Source of the DNA: a virus
Lineage: Duplodnaviria; Caudoviricetes
IMG/VR virus record: IMGVR_UViG_3300012983_000033
Location: 64,001-128,000 of that record
Length of the DNA stretch: 64,000 nt
Direction: 5' to 3' (one strand)
Under the pieces are notes generated by a model, which saw only the letters and a program-made list of their open reading frames with translations, was not told the DNA's origin and did not search any database. The translations under genes were made by a program, and so were the position numbers. Positions 30,336 to 38,140 of this stretch are shown in pieces; the stretch's first letter is position 1, and each line of letters opens with the position of its first letter.

Positions 30336-30412
30336 TGGCGACTCCAGCGGGGATCGAACCCGCGCTCTCAGACGTGACAGGCCTGCGTTTTAGCCTATTA
30401 AACTATGGAGCC
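30336..30412 (-). tRNA. tRNA-Asp(GTC)
   Basis: CAGGC-CT GTC AC-GTCTG. Confidence 0.9.
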
Positions 30413-30415
30413 ATA

Positions 30416-30492
30416 TGGCGCCTCAGGTAGGGCTCGAACCTACGACATCCTGATTAACAGTCAGGCGCAACTACCAACTGTGCTACTGAGGC
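30416..30492 (-). tRNA. tRNA-Asn(GTT)
   Basis: CCTGA-CT GTT AA-TCAGG. Confidence 0.9.
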
Positions 30493-30542
30493 ATATCTCT
30501 CTTTAACTTACAAATATATTATATCTTCTTTTTAAAAGAAAA

Positions 30543-31271
30543 TCAAATTTTTTCCCATTCTTCATCAGTATATGTTTTTATAATATTTTTTGTGCTTGGT
30601 AAATTTTCTGCTTTACACCATTTTCTAACAGCATTATCAGAAACTCCATATTTTTTACCAATATTAACAAAACTTTCAGTTCTAATTAAAGTCTTTAAAA
30701 TCTCTCTATCCGGACGAGCGCATTTTCTCTGTTCTTTTCCAGAACATTTAACACACTTTGTTGCATTTGAAGAAATTTCAACACCACATTCAATACAAAA
30801 ATTCTTTTTTGGTGCTTCATATACAGCATTTTTACTTCCAAAAGTAGGTAATTGTCTATCACAATTTGGACATACCCAACGCAAATTTTCTACCCTATCA
30901 TCTTTATTGTTTCCATTAATGTGATCTAAAGTTAGTGACAAGGGTTGCCCATTCCAAAAAGGTTCTTGTCCACAAATGGCGCAAACATATGGAGTATATT
31001 CTTGTTTAAGATACCAACGACGCAAAACTGCCTGAGATACTGTTGAATTTTCTACAAAAATTGTCTCTGGAGTCCACACTTGATTAGAATTAGTTTTACC
31101 TAATTCTTCCAATGAAATATTTAAAATTTTGCATCTATCTTTTATCGGTTTTGTTGCTGTACTATTTTTTGAATATCCTATTTTTTGAGAAATTTCTGAT
31201 AAAGAATTGCTATTTTTAACTATCGCAATAAATTCTTCATCTGAAAGTAAATCAACCTTTGTCATAATCAT
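30543..31271 (-). CDS. HNH endonuclease within tRNA array
   Basis: CAICG...LDHINGNNKDDRVENLRWVCPNCD, Zn ribbon, C-terminal HTH. Confidence 0.88.
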   Translation of the reverse strand: MIMTKVDLLSDEEFIAIVKNSNSLSEISQKIGYSKNSTATKPIKDRCKILNISLEELGKTNSNQVWTPETIFVENSTVSQAVLRRWYLKQEYTPYVCAICGQEPFWNGQPLSLTLDHINGNNKDDRVENLRWVCPNCDRQLPTFGSKNAVYEAPKKNFCIECGVEISSNATKCVKCSGKEQRKCARPDREILKTLIRTESFVNIGKKYGVSDNAVRKWCKAENLPSTKNIIKTYTDEEWEKI

Positions 31272-31353
31272 TTCCTCCTTTAAGTTCTATTTATAAGTAA
31301 ATAAATCATAAAGGTATTATATATTTTTCGAACCAAAAATATGGTAAATTTTA

Positions 31354-31443
31354 TGGCAGCCCCGTAGGGATTCGAACCCTAACTAACGCCCTCAGCAGGC
31401 CACAGATTTAGAGTCTGCTGTGCTACCATTACACCACGGGGCA
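31354..31443 (-). tRNA. Amber suppressor tRNA(CTA), Gln-like body, long variable arm
   Basis: GCAGA-CT CTA AA-TCTGT; D-arm identical to that of tRNA-Gln; T-arm TAGGG-TTCGAAT-CCCTA; G73-CCA. Confidence 0.9.
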
Positions 31444-31491
31444 GTATTTAATACCCTCAGTCCTAGCCTTTGAACGAGGGGGCAATATAAT

Positions 31492-31683
31492 TTAATTTAT
31501 ATGAAAAGAGAATTCTTGTTGTTTAGACAACATATCATAATTATATGATGAAACAAGCAAAATATTATCAGTATCTGCTCTAACAACCAAGAATTCATCT
31601 TCTATATTACACTCTGTATTCAAATACACAAAGGCGTTTTCATCAAAATTTTGTAATTTTTCTATGAGGTCTTTAACTCTCAT
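31492..31683 (-). CDS. Hypothetical protein
   Basis: MRVKDLIEKLQ.FD motif; GAGGTG RBS. Confidence 0.6.
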   Translation of the reverse strand: MRVKDLIEKLQNFDENAFVYLNTECNIEDEFLVVRADTDNILLVSSYNYDMLSKQQEFSFHIN

Positions 31684-31703
31684 ATACTCACCTCAAATAA
31701 TTA

Positions 31704-31779
31704 TGGTGCGAGTGTTGGGATTTGAACCCAAGCAACCTTGATTAAAAGTCAAGTGCTCTACCAACTGAGCTACACCCGC
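31704..31779 (-). tRNA. tRNA-Lys(TTT)
   Basis: CTTGA-CT TTT AA-TCAAG. Confidence 0.9.
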
Positions 31780-31791
31780 ATATTTGGCGAT

Positions 31792-32259
31792 TTACATCGC
31801 CTTAAGAAGTATTGATATTTCTTCTACAATTTGGACTTCAGGAATAAAACACCACTTAAGAAGTTCCGAAACACTGATTATAAGAAAAGGAATACTGGTT
31901 ATGAATAAAGTTGCTCCAACGATTGCACTTGCATAACCAAAGAATGTCAGATCCCAATCTTCTCCGTTATAATAACTAATATCTTTTGTCCAATAAAGTG
32001 TTTGAGAAACACCCTTTTCTTTTACTTTTTCAAGTTTTTTAAAGTCTTTAAATATGGCGATAGCACCAACTACACAACCGATCATTATAAGACTCCAACA
32101 AACAACACTAATAACTTCTTCAATGATATTAAAAGTTATATATCGTTCACATAATTCCATAACATAAGGAACTACATTTTCCTGTGTCCAGTCAATTGCA
32201 ATACCCATTTTGTCGCAAATTAACTCAAAAACTTCTTTAAACTGCTCACTAAAAGTCAT
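31792..32259 (-). CDS. Membrane protein
   Basis: Start MTFSEQ; GIAIDWT..NV.PY motif, two TMs. Confidence 0.7.
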   Translation of the reverse strand: MTFSEQFKEVFELICDKMGIAIDWTQENVVPYVMELCERYITFNIIEEVISVVCWSLIMIGCVVGAIAIFKDFKKLEKVKEKGVSQTLYWTKDISYYNGEDWDLTFFGYASAIVGATLFITSIPFLIISVSELLKWCFIPEVQIVEEISILLKAM

Positions 32260-32289
32260 ATACACTTTCCTTTCAAAATTATTTATAGT

Positions 32290-32933
32290 TTGCACCTTGA
32301 AAATACATACTAGACGAACCTTCGTTCTACTGTCAACATTCTTCAACCATATTCAGTCACAGAGGAGATGACTGTGAGCTAAAGGGAGCTACCCTTTAAC
32401 TTTTTCACCCCAGAATTGATCGTTGCACCGAAGTGCGCTGGACCTAAATCAATTCATAAAACTCTGACGGGATTGCTTACCCGCACCTTTCACCTACAAT
32501 TCACATAATTTTATAGTCTTTTACTATAACTATTAATTAATTAATCCTAACATTCGTATTGCTACGCCTTCGGCTACTTGGAGTTGCTTGCATATGTTAT
32601 ACACGAATTTCTTCGCTTCACGGCATTACGGATTATTGGTATTTCACAAGGTTTGATACAGTCACCAGCTAAACCCTAACTTGGATTCGGCACTTGCTAT
32701 TAACAAATGCTTCTATTGTTCCGTCCATACGCATACTACCTTTGATTGCAAATGCTGAAGTGCTATACCTTGGTTTGGGAGTTCATCCTCTTCCACTAAA
32801 TTATCACTAATTTAATGACAGTCCAGAATTGTAAAGTATCCTTTATTTCTTCTGCTGACCTTCCGGTATACCTCAGCACAGTCTGCGAAACTGTGTTTGC
32901 ACTGAGTTGTTAGTATATATTTTCAAGGTGCAA
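32290..32933 (-). ncRNA. Large structured RNA, ROOL-like
   Basis: ~645 nt without a credible ORF, closed by a 23-bp terminal helix, many internal hairpins, own promoter at ~33012-33041; family name by recall only. Confidence 0.6.
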
Positions 32934-33044
32934 CTTGCCAGATAACGAACTGGCTCGCCCTTTACATTCTTAGCCAATGGGTTTGAAGTTTTTTCCTTAA
33001 CTTTCTATAAATATTATAGAATATTTTTGATTAAAAATCAAATT

Positions 33045-33182
33045 TTAAGCGATCTGTTCTTCTGATTTTTCAATCTGACGAACCTTACGAAGAAGTTTAG
33101 CGATAAGTCGTCTATTTGTAGACGCGTCGCGTTTTTCGAGCAAATCTGCCCTCATCTTGTAATATGCTGCTGTTCGATTCAT
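33045..33182 (-). CDS. Small basic hypothetical protein
   Basis: GAGGAG RBS, MNRTAAYY. Confidence 0.5.
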   Translation of the reverse strand: MNRTAAYYKMRADLLEKRDASTNRRLIAKLLRKVRQIEKSEEQIA

Positions 33183-33210
33183 TTTTAATCTCCTCTCATA
33201 ATTTTTATAA

Positions 33211-33290
33211 TGGCACGCCCAGAGAGATTCGAACTCCCGACTAACCGTGGTTCGTAGCCACGTGCTCTGTCCAGACTGAGCTATGAGCGT
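33211..33290 (-). tRNA. tRNA-Arg(ACG)
   Basis: CGTGG-CT ACG AA-CCACG. Confidence 0.9.
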
Positions 33291-33297
33291 ATATAAT

Positions 33298-33371
33298 TGG
33301 AGCAAATAACGGGATTCGAACCCGTGCTGTCTGCATGGCAAGCAGAAGTACTACCACTATACTATATCTGC
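33298..33371 (-). tRNA. tRNA-Gly(GCC)
   Basis: TCTGC-TT GCC AT-GCAGA. Confidence 0.9.
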
Positions 33372-33379
33372 ATATAATT

Positions 33380-33451
33380 TTATACTACTGGGAATTTAAC
33401 CACAGCTCTCCTCCTTTAAAGGGAGGCGAATTTTCGCTATTCGATAGTATA
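33380..33451 (-). tRNA. Degenerate tRNA-like cloverleaf, anticodon TTA
   Basis: TATACTA/TAGTATA acceptor stem, GAAT/ATTC D-stem, CCTCC-CT TTA AA-GGAGG; aberrant T-arm, no CCA. Confidence 0.5.
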
Positions 33452-33459
33452 AAAGCATA

Positions 33460-34350
33460 TGGTAAGTAAAAACGAAAACCTGAGAATACAGTTTTCAAAT
33501 TGCTACGCCTTAATGACCTTATGTGTTAGTCACTTTTCCACTTCCTTTTGGGAAGTAGCGCTCATGCCTGCGTTTTTACATCCCCAGCACAAGGGACGAG
33601 GTCCGCTAATCTACCTTTAACGAGTACTTACTCGATTATCACTCCACTATCAACCTTGCGGGCTGTTCGCGGTTGCTACACCACTATAGATTCGTTTCAA
33701 TCAAATACAAGATGCTTGTGACACCTTATATCCCGTATTGCTTACCACTACGGGCTTAAGACACTTTTCGTTACTCGCAATAACAGATTTTTACTTTTAA
33801 CATACCTTCCATTTAATAGTATTGCTCTACCTACTGAGCTACCCGCGTATGTATGGGAGATAGGTGCTTACTATCTCCGCGTGAATAATAATTGGCACGC
33901 GGGGTGGGACTCGAACCCACGCTAAGTTAATTTGACAGAAGACAGACTGTTATCGTAGTTTCCATACCTTTTGAGCACAGAAATGCTACCCGCCTTCAAC
34001 ACTTTCCTTGGCTTCGTACTCGTGTTTCCTAAAACCACCGTAGCAGTAATAGATGGAAGCCGCCCTTGATTGCTAATCTCGAACTTATCTTCCTGCGGTT
34101 TACCATACCTTATTCTATCCTTTTTGCGTTGAAGCCAGTCCCTTGCGAGAACGGTCGTTCTCAGACATTTGTCCATTGATCGACATTTTCACTTCATCAA
34201 GAATAAGTTAAGACATAGGGGATATATCCGTAGTGGTCTTTTCAACCAACTACTGGTCCCGGCGCGCAGTGCTTGGGGTACCACTTTCGTGGCGGAAGTT
34301 TGTCAGTATCTTCCTTTCGTTCCCTTACGGGAAGTTATCAGCCAAGCCTG
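33460..34350 (-). ncRNA. Large structured RNA, GOLLD-like, with central permuted tRNA halves
   Basis: ~890 nt rich in GNRA/GCAA-type hairpins, own promoter at ~34410-34439; tRNA 3' half at 33893-33920 and 5' half at 33822-33848; ends approximate. Confidence 0.6.
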
Positions 34351-34446
34351 AATATTTCAATAAATTACCGAAGTAATTTATGTTATATTTTTTTTCAGAT
34401 TATGTATATATTATACATAAAATTTTTGAAAAAATCAAATTTTTAA

Positions 34447-34526
34447 TGGCGCCCCTTGAAGGATTTGAACCTCCGACACACGGGGTAGAAACCCGTTGCT
34501 CTAAGTCCAGACTGAGCTAAAGAGGC
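34447..34526 (-). tRNA. tRNA-Arg(TCT)
   Basis: ACGGG-TT TCT AC-CCCGT. Confidence 0.9.
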
Positions 34527-34649
34527 ATATTAAACGAGAATACCATTTCCTATAATCAAAAACCCTTTGGTCATCGTTTGTCCGGATGCACATATCAAAC
34601 TACCATTGGATAATCGATGTGCTTCGCTTGTATAGTGACATATTCTCGT

Positions 34650-34726
34650 TGGTACAGGATGACGGGATCGAACCGCCGACCCTCTCCTTGTAAGGGAGAT
34701 GCTCGTTCCAGCTGAGCTAATCCTGC
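34650..34726 (-). tRNA. tRNA-Val(TAC)
   Basis: TCTCC-CT TAC AA-GGAGA. Confidence 0.9.
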
Positions 34727-34792
34727 ATATCTTTTCTCTTTCGAGATTATATATTTATTATATATGATTTTTATGATAAAATCAAATTTTTT

Positions 34793-34866
34793 TGGAGCAC
34801 GATACTGGAGTCGAACCAGTCTATCTCGGGTTGCAGCCGAGTACATATCCGCCCTGACCATCGTGC
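34793..34866 (-). tRNA. tRNA-Cys(GCA)
   Basis: CTCGG-CT GCA AC-CCGAG, U73. Confidence 0.85.
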
Positions 34867-34926
34867 ATATCTCGTCTTTCCGAGTGTCAGAAGGTTGAGT
34901 TATCGTCATTATACCTACAATATGAC

Positions 34927-35003
34927 TGGTACCTGAAGTCGGGATTGAACCAACAACCTTGCGGGTATGAACCGCACGCTCTGGCCAGTTGAGCTATTCA
35001 GGC
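34927..35003 (-). tRNA. tRNA-Met(CAT), elongator-like
   Basis: TGCGG-TT CAT AC-CCGCA. Confidence 0.85.
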
Positions 35004-35006
35004 ATA

Positions 35007-35083
35007 TGGTTCCGAGGCTTGGAATTGAACCAAAACTTGTAGAGCCACAATCTACCGTACTAGCCATTTATACTACTCTCGGC
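35007..35083 (-). tRNA. tRNA-His(GTG)
   Basis: GTAGA-TT GTG GC-TCTAC; acceptor stem imperfect. Confidence 0.8.
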
Positions 35084-35091
35084 ATATCAGT

Positions 35092-35176
35092 TGGTGGGCG
35101 AAGTTGGACTCGAACCAACGAAGTCTTGCGACGGCGGGTTTACAGCCCGCAGCAATTGCCACTATGCGATTCGCCC
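35092..35176 (-). tRNA. tRNA-Tyr(GTA)
   Basis: GCGGG-CT GTA AA-CCCGC, long variable arm. Confidence 0.9.
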
Positions 35177-35237
35177 ATATGAAGCCTTAAGGTCAGCCAA
35201 CCGCACATTACTTAACGCATTCCATTTGCTCGCGCTG

Positions 35238-35325
35238 TGGCGGAGGATCAGAGACTCGAACTCTGAAGGCTGTTACACCTAACGGTTTTCAAGACCGGCG
35301 CAGTACCAGTTATGCTTAATCCTCC
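35238..35325 (-). tRNA. tRNA-Ser(TGA)
   Basis: CGGT-CT TGA AA-ACCG, long variable arm, G73. Confidence 0.9.
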
Positions 35326-35330
35326 ATATA

Positions 35331-35406
35331 TGGTGTCTCAGGTCAGGATCGAACTGACGCGACATGGATTTTCAGTCCATTGCTCTACCTACTGAGCTAC
35401 CGAGAC
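35331..35406 (-). tRNA. tRNA-Phe(GAA)
   Basis: ATGGA-CT GAA AA-TCCAT. Confidence 0.9.
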
Positions 35407-35429
35407 ATATCCTCGGTCTGAGGATTAGC

Positions 35430-36551
35430 TCAGACCGCATAATGAATATTTTTAGAACTCTTACGACGGAAGAGAAGAAAATCAAGTTCTTTATTCTCTT
35501 TAAGTGCAGCATATTCTGCTTTTTCCTGTTCAGTGTCATCTTCATAAGAGTTATATGAATCATTCCATTTAAAGTTAACCGATTTTGCAAGAATGATGTT
35601 GCCGCCGCGCTCATAATCATAACGAATATCAAGAGCACTAAACTCAACAGAAAAACGCTTATCTTCAAGATAGAACCAGCGAGTAATCTGTTCATCACTG
35701 AACATATCAAGTGAAACTTCCTGACTTAATTTTGTTCCGTCTTTGAAACAAGCAATAAGATTATAAGTTTCATTATCAATATTTAAGATATTCAAATCAC
35801 CGATAGCATCTTCAAAGGGCGTTCCACACTGTAATTCAAATGAAATCGCACGAAGACAGTCATAGTTAAGAGGAACTTTATTTGCAAAAGCAACTACCTT
35901 TTCAATTTCACAAAAATACTGATCATCAATCTTATCACGAAGATATTCCTCAATTTCTACTTTTGTGGGATAATCAAAACGAAAATGATAATGGAAACGA
36001 CCAGGGCGGTTCACGATATAATCATTCAAGTGATTCAACTTGTTACAAGTAACAATGAATAACTTTTTACCTTGTGAGAGACCATCAAACAAAGTAAGCA
36101 TACTTGCCTGAGGATCGTTCATTGAGTCACCGTCTTTGGCATAAAAAGTCTTATCAAATTCATCAAAAAGAACGACAACTTCCTGCTGAATTGAGGTAAG
36201 GAAATCCGCAATTCCGGGAATAAAAGCATTTACAATAAGTACGGGATAACCCTCATTAGCCATTTTTGCTGAAAGCATTTTGGCAAATAATGACTTACCA
36301 ATACCTTTTTCGCCACTAAGAATAACACCAAGACTTCTTTCAAAACATTTAAAAGCACCAACAACTTTCTCAAGTTTTTCAGGTGCAACACCATACACTT
36401 TTTCAGTAATTTCAATATCATCAAACTTCTGAAGATAGAAGCCAGTCATTTTACTAAAATTAACAGTATAAATCTGTGCGGGCAACTGATCAAAAGTCTT
36501 GACACCATCATCATAGATTTGGTACATATGACCTGTATTAACTATCTGCAT
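35430..36551 (-). CDS. AAA+ ATPase
   Basis: GEKGIGKS Walker A, LFDEFDK Walker B, TCN sensor, RPGRFHY. Confidence 0.88.
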   Translation of the reverse strand: MQIVNTGHMYQIYDDGVKTFDQLPAQIYTVNFSKMTGFYLQKFDDIEITEKVYGVAPEKLEKVVGAFKCFERSLGVILSGEKGIGKSLFAKMLSAKMANEGYPVLIVNAFIPGIADFLTSIQQEVVVLFDEFDKTFYAKDGDSMNDPQASMLTLFDGLSQGKKLFIVTCNKLNHLNDYIVNRPGRFHYHFRFDYPTKVEIEEYLRDKIDDQYFCEIEKVVAFANKVPLNYDCLRAISFELQCGTPFEDAIGDLNILNIDNETYNLIACFKDGTKLSQEVSLDMFSDEQITRWFYLEDKRFSVEFSALDIRYDYERGGNIILAKSVNFKWNDSYNSYEDDTEQEKAEYAALKENKELDFLLFRRKSSKNIHYAV

Positions 36552-36620
36552 TTTATCATTTCCTTTCTTAACTTACTATAATAATTATATACGATTTTTA
36601 TTATAAAATCAAATTTAAAA

Positions 36621-36708
36621 TGGCGGAGCGGGTGGGATTCGAACCCACGCATCCGTAGACCTAACGAGTTAGCAACCCGTCCCCTTATAGCCACTTGGGT
36701 ACCACTCC
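36621..36708 (-). tRNA. tRNA-Ser(GCT)
   Basis: ACGGG-TT GCT AA-CTCGT, long variable arm. Confidence 0.9.
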
Positions 36709-36714
36709 ATATAA

Positions 36715-37050
36715 AGCTTTCGCACTGATTAGTAAAAGTCTCTCCTACTCTACGCCGAAGCACTCTTGAGTTGGTTTGCGTAGCCACTCCTCATCCGACC
36801 TTAACCCGCAAGTTAAGATACTCTCCTTAGAGAGCTTACCTACTAATCAGCACTACTCATCTTCGCGCACCTTGAAGGCAACCACAAAATCTGTGGCGAT
36901 ACCAGCTCGCAATATAGCTGTTGATCGTCTTCAAGACCGCTTACACTTAGTTCCACAAATATTAATCTATATGTCCCTCACATATTGCGTTTACCCCGAT
37001 TTAAGTATCGGTAGAGGGTGTAACTTTTACTGTAGTCAGTAAACCAGTCA
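36715..37050 (-). ncRNA. Candidate structured ncRNA
   Basis: Long helix 36722-36745 with 36829-36853, plus several hairpins; no credible ORF. Confidence 0.4.
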
Positions 37051-37073
37051 TATATATCATTTCAATGACAAAC

Positions 37074-37149
37074 TGGTAGGGTGCGTGGGATTCGAACCCA
37101 CCCTGTACGGATTTTAAGTCCGCTATCTCTGCCTCTGGATTACCACCCC
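37074..37149 (-). tRNA. tRNA-Leu(TAA), short variable loop
   Basis: GCGGA-CT TAA AA-TCCGT. Confidence 0.85.
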
Positions 37150-37168
37150 ATATAATAGAGAAAATATT

Positions 37169-37375
37169 TTAATTGTGCTCTCTATAACACAATTCTGCTT
37201 CAATTGCATGAATTTCTTCTTTTGCTGTCTTAATACAATGTGTTAAGAAAATCTGATATAAAGTAGATTTAGTGACAGCCAATGATTCTTCGTGCTTTTC
37301 AATTTCTTCTAAAAGCATCTCTTTTCTTTTAATAAGAGTTTCTGCTGAACAATGCTGAAATTGATATCCCTTCAT
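37169..37375 (-). CDS. Hypothetical coiled-coil protein
   Basis: ORF with RBS between tRNAs. Confidence 0.55.
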   Translation of the reverse strand: MKGYQFQHCSAETLIKRKEMLLEEIEKHEESLAVTKSTLYQIFLTHCIKTAKEEIHAIEAELCYREHN

Positions 37376-37408
37376 TCAAACACTTCCTTTCATTCCTATA
37401 TTAAAAAA

Positions 37409-37485
37409 TGGTGGCGGAGGTAGGACTTGAACCTACGACCTTCGGGTTATTGAGCCCGACGAGCTACCAACTGCTCTACTCCGCG
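37409..37485 (-). tRNA. Initiator-type tRNA with 8-nt anticodon loop (CTCAATAA)
   Basis: fMet body CGCGGAGTAGAGCAGTTGGTAGCTCG, TCGGG/CCCGA stem, unpaired 1:72. Confidence 0.8.
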
Positions 37486-37619
37486 ATATATACTCCACAA
37501 TGCACTGTGGAGCCTTCCTTATAATAGGTTTTCAAAACTTACTCTATATATCTTTTCAAGAGTAGGACGACAAGTTTTGAACTATTATAGTTTGCCGCCG
37601 TCCGTCCAAAACGGGACAA

Positions 37620-37702
37620 TGGTGTCGCTGGTGGGACTTGAACCCACACGGTTTCCCACTAGTTTCTAAGACTAGCACGTATGCCTGTTCCGTCACAACG
37701 AC
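37620..37702 (-). tRNA. tRNA-Leu(TAG)
   Basis: CTAGT-CT TAG AA-ACTAG. Confidence 0.9.
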
Positions 37703-37816
37703 ATATAAAAGAAAAGTTATTCTCCGTCGTAGCCTCTGTTTATAACGGAATTTTGACGCGCCGCCTACGAGCTTCTATCCTTTCGGTCTGGTATGAACAC
37801 CCAGATAACTTTTCTA

Positions 37817-37891
37817 TGGAGGTGGATGTCGGAACCGACCCGACAACAAAAGGTTACAAATCTTTCGTTTTTCCTGTTAAACTAATCCACC
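37817..37891 (-). tRNA. tRNA-Thr(TGT), atypical T-loop
   Basis: AAAG..TT TGT AA..CTTT; T-loop GTCGGTT. Confidence 0.75.
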
Positions 37892-38063
37892 ATATAAAAG
37901 GGAATTATAATATGATAGAAAGGGGTAACTTTACTTTACTTTCGTTTTCTTTGTATACCGAATCCCAATGACTAAGCCACATACCAGTCTACGGTCTTCT
38001 TTCGTAGCGTCTGTCGGTGGTAGTTTAAGAAAGTCACCAAAAGAAATCCATCCTCTCTCGGTC

Positions 38064-38140
38064 TGGTACCTCGAGTGGGATTTGAACCCACAAAATACGG
38101 TTTTTGAAACCGTCACGTATGCCAATTCCGTCATCAAGGC
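38064..38140 (-). tRNA. tRNA-Leu(CAA), short variable loop
   Basis: ACGGT-TT CAA AA-ACCGT. Confidence 0.85.

Noticed and set aside
32290-32933. MITE or IS bounded by 23-bp inverted repeats
   Set aside because: No target-site duplication or transposase seen; G-U-compatible mismatch, dense hairpins and own promoter favour an RNA gene
33460-34350. Two-piece tmRNA
   Set aside because: Permuted layout is similar, but the acceptor lacks G3:U70 and A73, a full D-arm is present, and I found no tag-peptide frame; cmsearch would settle it
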